NCBI GenBank assembly: GCA_947462995.1
Contig: CANHUG010000003.1
Span: 1-37,230, forward strand
Length of the DNA stretch: 37,230 nucleotides
From: Verrucomicrobiales bacterium
GTDB lineage: Bacteria; Verrucomicrobiota; Verrucomicrobiia; Verrucomicrobiales; V1-33
Reading direction: 5' to 3'
Position numbers and translations under genes: made by a program. Positions 1-7,351 of this stretch are shown in pieces. Each line of letters starts with the position of its first letter. Within the stretch, counting starts at the first letter, position 1. The notes beneath the pieces were generated by a model. The model saw nothing but the letters and a program-made list of their open reading frames with translations. It searched no databases and had not been told where the DNA came from.

Positions 1-1196
1 GCGCCGCCGCCGTCGAGGACGCGGTGGTCGAAGCTGAGGGTGAGTTCGGCGATGGTGTGTGGCTGGAAGGAGCGGGAGGGTTCGTCCCAGACTGGTTGTT
101 TGGCACCTGCGCCGAGGCCGAGGACGAGGTTTTGTTCCGGGAGGGGGATGGGGGTGGCCCAGAGGATGCCGAAGGTGCCGTAGTTGGTGATGGTGGCGAT
201 GCCGAGGCCGCGGGCTTCGGGCGGGAGGCGTCGGTCGCGGGCGGCGACGACGAGTTGATTGTAGTGGACGACGAGTTCGGAGAGGGACTTGCGGTCGACC
301 TCGCGGACGATGGGGACGAGGACGCCGTCGGGGACTTCGACGGCGAGGCCGAGGTCGATGGCGTGGGGGTGGACGATGCGTTTGCCGACGAGACGGCCTG
401 CGGCGGCGGTGTTTTCCGCGAGGGCGAGGGCGAGGGCCCGCATGGCGTAGAGGGCTGGGCCGGGTCTGGGTTCGGGCTGACGGCGGCGGTGGGCGAGGAG
501 CGGGTCGAGATTGACGGCGATGCCGACGGTGGCGAGTGGGCGGGTCCATGAGCGGCGCATGGAATCGGCGACGGCGATGCGCATGGGGCTGGCTGGCGTC
601 ATGCGGTGGGATTCGAGCTGCGTCATGAACGACTCGAAGTCTTCGACGGTGACGCGGCCGCCGGCGCCGCTGCCTGCGACGGCGGAGAGGTCGGCGGCGT
701 TGAGGCCGAGTTCCTGCATGCGGACGCGGAGTCGCGGGGAGATGTAGCCTGCGCCGGAGGCGTTGGCGGGGACGGGGAGGCCGGAGAGTGTGGGTTGGAC
801 CTCGCGGGGGCCGCCTTCGTGGATGGCGGCGGCCTGGTCGAGTTTGAAGTGGAGGTTGGCGGGTTCTTCGGAAGGGTGAGGGGGATCGGCGTGGTGGGCG
901 GCGGTGTCCTGAGGAGGTGGGCCGACGGGTTCGAGGCCGGCGCGGGCGGCTTCTTCAGCGGTGACGTTGAGGTAGCCGAGGGTGGCTCCGACGGGATAGC
1001 TGTCGCCGATGCGGCAGTGGAGTTCTGCGATGGTGCCACTGCAGGGGATGGTGACGCTCATGGTGGCCTTCTGGGTTTCGACCTCCATGATTTCCTGGTC
1101 AGCCTGCACGACGGCGCCGGGAGCGGCTTCGAGGCGCACGATGGTGGCTTCGGCGATGGATTCACCGAGTTGCGGCATGAGGATGGGGATGCGCAT
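1..1196 (-). CDS. 2-oxoacid dehydrogenase E2 (dihydrolipoamide acyltransferase), 3' end runs off the left edge
   Basis: Not in the ORF track because it is partial. Manual translation from ATG at 1196 gives MRIPILMPQLGESIAEATIV..., lipoyl motif VETQKAT, E3-binding GSGAGGRVT and catalytic LSFDHRVLDG at the window edge. Confidence 0.92.
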   Translation of the reverse strand, partial: MRIPILMPQLGESIAEATIVRLEAAPGAVVQADQEIMEVETQKATMSVTIPCSGTIAELHCRIGDSYPVGATLGYLNVTAEEAARAGLEPVGPPPQDTAAHHADPPHPSEEPANLHFKLDQAAAIHEGGPREVQPTLSGLPVPANASGAGYISPRLRVRMQELGLNAADLSAVAGSGAGGRVTVEDFESFMTQLESHRMTPASPMRIAVADSMRRSWTRPLATVGIAVNLDPLLAHRRRQPEPRPGPALYAMRALALALAENTAAAGRLVGKRIVHPHAIDLGLAVEVPDGVLVPIVREVDRKSLSELVVHYNQLVVAARDRRLPPEARGLGIATITNYGTFGILWATPIPLPEQNLVLGLGAGAKQPVWDEPSRSFQPHTIAELTLSFDHRVLDGGG

Positions 1197-1213
1197 GGGG
1201 AGAGGGGAAGGAG

Positions 1214-2179
1214 TCAGAAGGCGAGCAGCTCGCGGAGGGCGGTGGCGATGGCGGCTGCGGTGGGGCGGTGATTGGCCCAGAGGTTAGGGTGATAGGGAAT
1301 GGGGGTGTCGCGGGCGTTGAGGCGGCGGGGCGGGGCGTCGAGGAGGTGGAAACCGTCGGCGACGACGCGGCTGACGACTTCGGCGCTGACGCCGCCCCAT
1401 GGGAAGCTTTCGGCGACGGCGAGGAGACGGCCGGTGCGGGCGACGGAGGCGAGGATGGTGTCGGTGTCGAGGGGTTTGACGCTGCGGAGGTCGACGACTT
1501 CGATTTCCCAGCCGTCGTGGAGGAGATCGTCGGCGGCGCGAAGGCTTTCGTGGAGCATGGCGCTGCAGGTGACGACGGTGGCGTGGCGGCCGCCGCGGGC
1601 GATTCTGGCTTTGCCGATAGGGAGTCGATCCGTGGGCAGGGAGTCTGCCTTGAGGTGATAGTAGAGGAACTTGTGTTCGCAGAAGATGACGGGGTCGTCG
1701 AGGGCGACGGCGTCGAGGAGCATGGAGTAGGCGTCGCCGACGGTGGCGGGGGTGAGGACGATGAGGCCGGGGTAGTGGGCGTAGAGGCTTTCCATGCTCT
1801 GGCTGTGGAACGGGCCGCCGCCGCTGGTGCCGCCGCTGGGGAGGCGGATGACGAGCGGGCAGGGGACGCCGGTGCGCCAGAAGTGGGTGGCTGCCTGATT
1901 GACGATCTGGTTGAAGCCGATGCTGGAGAAGTCGGCGAACTGCATTTCGACGATGGGGCGCATGCCGCTGATGGCTGCGCCGACGGCCATGCCGACCATG
2001 GCGTCTTCGCTGATGGGGCTGTCGAGGACGCGGCCGGGGAAGTCTCGGGCGAGGTTCTTGGTGGCTTTGAAGGCGCCGCCGAAGGTGGCGATGTCCTGGC
2101 CGTAGATGAAGACGGACGGGTCGTCGCGCAGGGCCTTGGCCTGAGCTTCGCGGATGGCTTCCAGATAAGTGATGCTCAC
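1214..2179 (-). CDS. 2-oxoacid dehydrogenase E1 beta subunit
   Basis: ITYLEAIREA, GQDIATFGGAFKAT, DSPISEDAMVG, EMQFADF, GGPFHSQS, VDLRSVKPLD; directly upstream of E2. Confidence 0.95.
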   Translation of the reverse strand: MSITYLEAIREAQAKALRDDPSVFIYGQDIATFGGAFKATKNLARDFPGRVLDSPISEDAMVGMAVGAAISGMRPIVEMQFADFSSIGFNQIVNQAATHFWRTGVPCPLVIRLPSGGTSGGGPFHSQSMESLYAHYPGLIVLTPATVGDAYSMLLDAVALDDPVIFCEHKFLYYHLKADSLPTDRLPIGKARIARGGRHATVVTCSAMLHESLRAADDLLHDGWEIEVVDLRSVKPLDTDTILASVARTGRLLAVAESFPWGGVSAEVVSRVVADGFHLLDAPPRRLNARDTPIPYHPNLWANHRPTAAAIATALRELLAF

Positions 2180-2256
2180 GTCCCTTTACCCTCGCCCCGC
2201 GGGAGGCTGCGGTTCAAGCCGGAAAAGCGGGTCGGGGCGATGATCCGGGGGGTGGT

Positions 2257-2385
2257 GGCAGGGGAATGGAGAGGCAGAGGAATGCGGGTGGGGAGAGGAA
2301 GAGGCAGGGGAATGGGAGGCAGGGGAATGCGGGTAGGGAGAGGGAGAGGGAGGGGCAGGGGGATGCGGGTGGGGAGAGGGGGGAT
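2257..2385. repeat. Degenerate G-rich tandem repeat (GGCAGRGGAATG(CGGGTRGGGAGAGG) units)
   Basis: About five GGCAGRGGRATG starts; three are extended with CGGGTRGGGAGAGG. Confidence 0.7.
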
Positions 2386-2448
2386 GGTGGCATCGAGGCC
2401 CCCGTTTTGCGATTCGCCCGATGAGAATGGATGTCGGTTGGGGAATGA

Positions 2449-2484
2449 CGGGGAATGGGATAATCGGGCAGACCTCTTCGGGGG
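2449..2484 (+). repeat. Direct repeat copy 1 (CGGGGAATGGGATAATCGGGCAGACCTCTTCGGGGG)
   Basis: 34/36 identical to 3964-3999; the 29-bp core recurs at 4818-4846. Confidence 0.9.
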
Positions 2485-2485
2485 T

Positions 2486-2530
2486 CGGAAAGAAAGGGCG
2501 GCCAGAAACACTTAAGGTTTCTGACCGCCC
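2486..2530 (-). terminator. Intrinsic terminator of the micropeptide ORF
   Basis: Minus-strand RNA GGGCGGUCAGAAAC-loop-GUUUCUGGCCGCCC forms a 14-bp stem with one U.G pair (a C/A mismatch on the plus strand), followed by UUUCUUU. Confidence 0.8.
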
Positions 2531-2548
2531 CGCTAAGGTGATTCCACG

Positions 2549-2653
2549 TTATGCGGTGGATTCATCGGACACGTCATACTCCGGGCAACCTTTCTCGTCG
2601 GATATTTCTTCAGGGGGATCTTCAGGGGGATCTTCATCGTCGCTTTGGCTCAT
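2549..2653 (-). CDS. Putative 34-aa acidic micropeptide MSQSDDEDPPEDPPEEISDEKGCPEYDVSDESTA
   Basis: ATG at 2653, TAA at 2549-2551; A/C-rich leader (ACAAACCCAAAACCAAAACTCCCC-ATG); terminator 18 nt after the stop; below the ORF-track length cutoff. Confidence 0.55.
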   Translation of the reverse strand: MSQSDDEDPPEDPPEEISDEKGCPEYDVSDESTA

Positions 2654-2789
2654 GGGGAGTTTTGGTTTTGGGTTTGTATGTGGCTTGTCGCCACTCCTTC
2701 AATAACCCTTCAACGGACGCCTGCAATGCATTTTCTAGCGTTTAGTATGCATCAAGGCAACAATTTCTTGCAACGGAGATAATCCTTGC

Positions 2790-2814
2790 GCTGTACGGAT
2801 TTCATGCGTACAGC
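2790..2814. promoter_or_regulatory. Inverted repeat GCTGTACG-N9-CGTACAGC, candidate operator
   Basis: Perfect 8-bp arms ending 5 nt before the regulator ATG, in the divergent intergenic region. Confidence 0.5.
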
Positions 2815-2819
2815 TTCTG

Positions 2820-3914
2820 ATGAATCGATCTGAATTGACGGTTAAAGCTCTCCAGCTGCGCTACGGCGACCGTCGTCTTAAAAATTATGAAGTTGCTGAC
2901 GAGTTGGGACTGAAGGCATACGAGGTCTCTCGCTTAATCGACGCTGCGTGGAAATCTGGGGTTGTATCCATCCGAATAAATCAAGAAGGACTGGTCTCAG
3001 AAGACGATTTTGCCTCCGCTTTTAATCTAAATTGGGTCCGCTTTGTGGAAACCGTGGATCATTACACAGAACAGAAGAAGATCTTGGGTGAAGTGGCAGC
3101 TACCGAATTTGAACGCATAGTCCGCGCCGAGCCCCAAACGATAGCGCTTGGTGGTGGCGATAGTCTTCACCAAATGGTGCGGTCTCTTAAGTCTCGCTCA
3201 AGAGCCATTACGCTCGCCCCTCTCGCTCTCATTTGTCGGTCCATATATGGGAGGTCTTTCGATGGTGCGTTTGTTACCATGGAAGCAGCATCAATCTCTG
3301 ATCCAAGCCAATGCCGTGCGCGGGTTTGCGCCCTTCCGCCGTTATCTCCGGATAACGCAGAGGCGGCCATGCAGTTCACGGAGAGACTCTTTCACGAGAA
3401 TTCTGAAGTGAGGGCTGTTTTTCACGAGGCATTACACGCAAGCGCCATGTTTTTTGGAGTTTCCAATTACGGCGCCGAACCAGCCATTGCCGAAGCTCAT
3501 GAGCGAGTGGGCATTGGCAAGGCGGATATAAGCGCGATGCGCGCGGTCGGCCATTTAAACTTCTCTTTCTTCGATGAAAATGGGGCTGATGTGACGACAC
3601 TCCTTGCGAAGAAGAAAAAAATTAGAATATCATCCTCACCCAGTGATGCGCTTTACCCTGTAGACTCCAAAGATCGACATCCATTTCTTGCCGCCGTAAG
3701 TCTCGACGCCATCAAGAGAGCAGCAGAAAACAAAAAACGTGATGTTATTTTGGTTGCTGCGGGGGAACACAAACGCCATGCAATTTCTGCTGCGCTGAAT
3801 GCGGGCGTGGCGAACGCTGCAATAATTGACCTTGAAAACGCCCGGCAAATTTATCGGGAAAAGCTGCTTCGCTTCCAAGGAGTAGGACGCCTAGACAAGC
3901 CCGTGGGTCCTTGA
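2820..3914 (+). CDS. SorC/DeoR/CggR/LsrR-family transcriptional regulator (HTH + sugar-binding domain)
   Basis: N-terminal HTH (NYEVADELGLKAYEVSRLIDAAWKSGVVSIRI), IALGGGDSL, AVGHLNFSFFDENG, VILVAAGEHKRHAISAALNAGVANAAIID; lower GC than the flanks. Confidence 0.85.
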   Translation: MNRSELTVKALQLRYGDRRLKNYEVADELGLKAYEVSRLIDAAWKSGVVSIRINQEGLVSEDDFASAFNLNWVRFVETVDHYTEQKKILGEVAATEFERIVRAEPQTIALGGGDSLHQMVRSLKSRSRAITLAPLALICRSIYGRSFDGAFVTMEAASISDPSQCRARVCALPPLSPDNAEAAMQFTERLFHENSEVRAVFHEALHASAMFFGVSNYGAEPAIAEAHERVGIGKADISAMRAVGHLNFSFFDENGADVTTLLAKKKKIRISSSPSDALYPVDSKDRHPFLAAVSLDAIKRAAENKKRDVILVAAGEHKRHAISAALNAGVANAAIIDLENARQIYREKLLRFQGVGRLDKPVGP

Positions 3915-3963
3915 TCAATGCCCAAGAGGGGCATAAGTCGACAGGACGCTTCGGGCGGCGGTG

Positions 3964-3999
3964 CGGGGAATGGGATGATCGGACAGACCTCTTCGGGGG
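3964..3999 (+). repeat. Direct repeat copy 2
   Basis: CGGGGAATGGGATGATCGGACAGACCTCTTCGGGGG; two transitions relative to copy 1. Confidence 0.9.
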
Positions 4000-4033
4000 G
4001 ACTGATTCATCGGGCAGGTGGGCGCAAATGATT

Positions 4034-4705
4034 TCATCTATCGTTGGCCGATTCATCTTCACTATCCAATCCTGCCATTCCTCCGCCACCTCCTGCATCG
4101 CCGCCACCGCTGCGCTGTCCACCGCCCCCGGCGCGTCCACTACTGTCCTCGCTCCCGCCCGATTTGCTTTTTCCCCCGGAATTTTGCGGCCGGGTCGGTC
4201 CTTGTCTGGGAATTCGGAGATCTGTCGGGATGGGTTCGAGATCGAGAGCTTTGCGAATAAAATGCCGCAGCGAGATGACAAGGTCGTGTGTCGGTATATG
4301 GCGACCCTCCACCAGTTCCTGCGCGGCGAACGCTGCCAGACGCAGCTGTTCCTCTGTCCCGAGAAGAATGATGTCCGAGAGCGCCGATTCAACCGCATCG
4401 CGCATGCGCCGGCTCCGGTCCGAACTGGGGACGACTTCGACTCCCGAAGCACCGGGCAGCTGACGCAGTTCACGGAGGTGAGCAGGGTCCACTGAGAGAT
4501 CGCCTGTGAAAGAGCCTCCAAGCGTTTTGTAGGCGGCCATGAGAAGGCGAAGTCGCTCGTTGATCTGTCGGTTGGCCCGCTCGCGGCGCTGTTGGACCGT
4601 GGCCATTATCAGAAGGCGAATCCCCACTCCCATCACCGTCACCAGGGTGATCGCGAGGAGGGTGGAAAGAAAACCTTCGCCCGAGCTGAAATCGAGACTT
4701 TTCAT
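4034..4705 (-). CDS. Hypothetical membrane-anchored protein
   Basis: 223 aa; N-terminal hydrophobic helix, QQRRERANRQINERLR helical segment, Gly/Ser-rich tail; better protein-like composition than the overlapping ORFs. Confidence 0.8.
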   Translation of the reverse strand: MKSLDFSSGEGFLSTLLAITLVTVMGVGIRLLIMATVQQRRERANRQINERLRLLMAAYKTLGGSFTGDLSVDPAHLRELRQLPGASGVEVVPSSDRSRRMRDAVESALSDIILLGTEEQLRLAAFAAQELVEGRHIPTHDLVISLRHFIRKALDLEPIPTDLRIPRQGPTRPQNSGGKSKSGGSEDSSGRAGGGGQRSGGGDAGGGGGMAGLDSEDESANDR

Positions 4706-4817
4706 GTGGCCACTGTCATCGAGGCGGGATCGTTCTGAAAACGGGTTTTGAATTCATCAGGATCCACGATCTACGACTCCGACAAGGCGGAACGTGGGGT
4801 CAGGCGACATCAATGAT

Positions 4818-4846
4818 TGGGACAATCGGATAGACCTCTTTGGGGG
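4818..4846 (+). repeat. Direct repeat copy 3 (core only)
   Basis: TGGGACAATCGGATAGACCTCTTTGGGGG; 25/29 identical to each of copies 1 and 2, all differences are transitions. Confidence 0.8.
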
Positions 4847-4996
4847 ATTGGGGGGCCGCCGACCGGCGGGAGACAGATAGCCGACTGGCTGGCAGTAGGG
4901 CGAGCGAAGGGCGGTTAAAGCCGCGAGTTTTGTGGTTTGGGAGGGGTGGTTGTCGCATTCGGGCGGATTGATTCGATTCGCCAGCGTTTGTTCCCG

Positions 4997-5127
4997 TTAC
5001 CAGAGCACACCTTGCTTATACTCACGCCCTCTATCATCAACCAAGATGGAATCGACTCTCAGTTAATCCAGCTGACGAAGGAATGAGTGTGGTTGTGAGC
5101 CATCGATTTAAGATTCTTGTATTTCAC
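4997..5127 (-). pseudogene. Probable internally deleted gene-cassette remnant
   Basis: GTG start gives (M)KYKNLKSMAHNHTHSFVSWIN then TGA; an overlapping frame gives LRVDSILVDDRGREYKQGVLW-stop; AT-rich and just downstream of an attC-like site. Confidence 0.35.
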
Positions 5128-5146
5128 AACGGCGGAGTTGTTTAGG

Positions 5147-5203
5147 GGCGGACGTCAAGGCTCAGACGACGGCGGAGCCGTGGTCTGCGCCGTCGTATTC
5201 GGC
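5147..5203 (-). mobile_element. Degenerate integron attC-like site
   Basis: Minus strand GCCGAAT-acgacggcg-CAGACcACGGC-tcc-GCCGTcGTCTG-agccttgac-GTCCGCC: R''-like and R'-like ends around an imperfect hairpin. The upstream ORF reads into it (PNTTAQTT...), as cassette ORFs commonly do. Confidence 0.5.
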
Positions 5204-5535
5204 GCGTGCTTCTGTTTACGATGCAAGATATATGTCTGGCGGTTGTTCTCAGGAAAGGAAATCTCCTTATCTTCGTATCCACCGGCTCCGAGCAGGTAAG
5301 GCAGCCCGGGTGTCATGTCGTAGAGCGCAAGCCGACCTCGGGAGTCGGTGCTGTTCGCGGAGGGGGCGTCTCTTTGGAAGATCATGTTGCGAAGCAACAT
5401 CGGATAAGGTGCCCGCACTCCCGCCCCGCGGATGGGATTGCCGTGATCGTCGGTGACGACTATCGTCCGATGGGGAATCGAACGGCATCCGGCTACAGTT
5501 ATCGCGAGGAAAGTTAACAGTAGCAACTTGATCAT
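5155..5535 (-). CDS. Small lipoprotein, carboxypeptidase-regulatory/transthyretin-like beta domain
   Basis: Signal peptide with lipobox VAG-C; VVTDDHGNPIRGAGV...TDSRGR...AGGYE pattern. Confidence 0.7.
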   Translation of the reverse strand: MIKLLLLTFLAITVAGCRSIPHRTIVVTDDHGNPIRGAGVRAPYPMLLRNMIFQRDAPSANSTDSRGRLALYDMTPGLPYLLGAGGYEDKEISFPENNRQTYILHRKQKHAPNTTAQTTAPPSSEP

Positions 5536-5644
5536 CGTTTCTTGGGAGGACGGTTCGGATTAGGTGAAGTCGGGAGGGAGGCGTCGATGACAGGACAGGT
5601 GGTGTGCGAGCCTTTGGCTGAATCGGTTTTGATAGCCGGTGTGG

Positions 5645-6019
5645 TCATTTTGGCGTTGGCGTGAGAAGGTGAGCGAAGTTTTGGTCGGCGACCATGCGAG
5701 CGAACTCCTCTGGGCTAAGTGTGACGCCGGCCTGCTGTGCCCGCTGTTGGTTTGCAGCCCACATCCGGCGGAGAGACTCGTCCAAGGAGTCGTCGAGGTG
5801 AAGTGTGGATCGGAGAGTGGCACACCAATCTGTGCCACCACCGAAGACACGCTGAGTGGCAGACGCAGCCAACTGATCCTTGTCTGGCGCGAGGGTGCCG
5901 ATGGCGCTCAAGACGTAGTTCTCGAGCAGGATCAGCAGAGGACGGCCGTTGTAACGGCTAGGAGGTGATGATGGCTCGCTTGTCTTGCGGCGTCCGGGAA
6001 TGAAATCAAATAGGCCCAT
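5645..6019 (-). CDS. Hypothetical protein, 124 aa
   Basis: Likely start MGLFDF (ATG 6019); RYNGRPLLILLENYVL...LSPEEFARMVADQNF, all-helical and protein-like. Confidence 0.7.
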   Translation of the reverse strand: MGLFDFIPGRRKTSEPSSPPSRYNGRPLLILLENYVLSAIGTLAPDKDQLAASATQRVFGGGTDWCATLRSTLHLDDSLDESLRRMWAANQQRAQQAGVTLSPEEFARMVADQNFAHLLTPTPK

Positions 6020-6124
6020 GGTTCTTTTTCGGATGATATCACCAGGAGGGATTGCCGTCAAACTGGGGGGTGGGTTGGGTTATGTGGGGGGGAGACGGGG
6101 CGGGGATGGCTTGTTATGGGGTGT

Positions 6125-6286
6125 GGGGGACAGGAATGTCCCCCTCCTTTGGCGTGTGGGGATGAGGACGTGAGGGAGCACGTCCCTACCTGGTGCGTGG
6201 TGAGGAGGACCTTGGCGTGTGGGGATGAGGGGCTGGCAGGCGCACTTCGTGCGCAGGGAGAGCTGTAATTCTGACAGCAGTCCAGA
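6125..6286. repeat. Cluster of REP-like palindromes
   Basis: GGGGGAC-AGGAAT-GTCCCCC (6125-6144); GGACGTG-AGGGAG-CACGTCC-CTACC (within 6164-6190, GTAG-type on the minus strand); GCGCAC-TTC-GTGCGC; a 19-bp direct repeat TTGGCGTGTGGGGATGAGG at 6149 and 6212. Confidence 0.7.
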
Positions 6287-6337
6287 GCCTGCGGCTGCTG
6301 GTTCGGAGGGGGGCTTGAACGGAGAGGGGCCGATGGG

Positions 6338-7351
6338 TTAGGCCTGGTGTTTTTCCTGAGGAGGGGCGGGGCGGCGGCGGGATTCGGGGCGTGGGGCGAG
6401 TTGGGGTGCGGGGGTGGTGTGGTGGCCGTCGCGGACTTCGAGGAGGACGCGGGTGAAGTCTTCCATGGAGGCGACGCGGAGGGCTCCGATGCGGTTGAGG
6501 ACCTGGCTGTAGGCGTCGGCTGACTGGCCTCCGATGATGATGGGGACCTCGTCTGGGAGGAGACTGCGGAGACGGACCATCTGGTCGGGGAGGTCTGGGT
6601 CGTCGGCTGGGTAGATGATGCTGAGGGCGACGGCGCGGATGTTGTTCATGATGACGGCGCCGACGATTTCTTCTGCGGGGAGGGAGGGGCCGAGGTAGGT
6701 GACGTTCCAGCCGGATTTGCGGGCGAGGCCGGCGGCGATGGTGGCTCCCATTTCGTGGAGTTGGCCGGCAGGGGTGGTGACGAGGAGACGTGGGGCGGAT
6801 TCCGGGGTGTTGACCGGGCGGAGGGTTCTGGCGAGATAGTCTTTGATGGCGCTGGTGGCGCAATGTTCCTGGGCGGCGGTGATTTCGCCGCGTTGCCAGT
6901 CGGCTCCGAGCCGATGGAGGAGCGGGACGAGGAGACGTTCGAGCATGCCGGAGTGGCCCATGGCGAGCATGGATTCGTCGAGTGTGCGTTCGAGGGAAGG
7001 GATGTCGTAGGAGCGGATGGCTTCGATGGCGCGTTCTCCGAAGGTGGCGGCGTCGACTGGGGTGGAGAGACGGCCTTGTGGGAGGGGAGCGCCGGGGAGG
7101 TCGCCGAGGCGGTCGACCATGGAGCGGAGTTCCGGGGTGGGGAGACGGGCGATCTGGCCGATATTGAGGCCGGAGCGGGTGAGTCGGGCGAGCATGGAGA
7201 GCCGGTCGACTTCTTCGTCGGTGTAGAGGCGGCGCTGGGTGAGGCTGCGTCCGGGTTGGACGGCGGCGTAGCGTTTCTCCCACATGCGGACAAGGTGAGG
7301 GCTGAGCCCTGTGCGGAGGGCGACGGCCTTCATGTTGTGGAGAGGTTCCAT
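6338..7351 (-). CDS. MerR-family regulator with cobalamin-binding domain (CarH/LitR-like)
   Basis: Start MEPLHNMKAVALRTGLSPHLVRMWEKRY (MerR HTH, RRLYT); W-x9-EH (WQRGEITAAQEH); GQLHEMG; YLGPSLP; IIIGG. The track's 638-aa N-terminal extension is antisense of selB. Confidence 0.9.
   Translation of the reverse strand: MEPLHNMKAVALRTGLSPHLVRMWEKRYAAVQPGRSLTQRRLYTDEEVDRLSMLARLTRSGLNIGQIARLPTPELRSMVDRLGDLPGAPLPQGRLSTPVDAATFGERAIEAIRSYDIPSLERTLDESMLAMGHSGMLERLLVPLLHRLGADWQRGEITAAQEHCATSAIKDYLARTLRPVNTPESAPRLLVTTPAGQLHEMGATIAAGLARKSGWNVTYLGPSLPAEEIVGAVIMNNIRAVALSIIYPADDPDLPDQMVRLRSLLPDEVPIIIGGQSADAYSQVLNRIGALRVASMEDFTRVLLEVRDGHHTTPAPQLAPRPESRRRPAPPQEKHQA

Noticed and set aside
2176-2511. 111-aa PLPTRIPLP-repeat ORF
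   Set aside because: Translation of a low-complexity G-rich tract; it starts inside a terminator stem.
24-2515. Long plus-strand ORFs 24-551, 606-1271 and 1268-2515
   Set aside because: Antisense shadows of E2 and E1-beta; G/E/D/A-biased with no motifs.
3745-4521. Overlapping ORFs 3745-4521 (-), 3911-4495 (+) and 4044-4463 (+)
   Set aside because: Alternative frames of the 4034-4705 gene that cross the repeat and the regulator; no motifs.
2449-4846. CRISPR interpretation of the 29-36 bp repeats
   Set aside because: The intervening segments are 0.8-1.5 kb and contain genes; no cas genes and no regular spacing.
4800-4958. 52-aa minus-strand ORF ending PKEVYPIVPIIDVA; copies 1 and 2 read PEEVCPIIPFP in the same frame with synonymous differences
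   Set aside because: Only two substitutions support coding constraint, the flanks share no similarity and the ORF is not protein-like; kept only as a weak hint that the repeat derives from a gene end.
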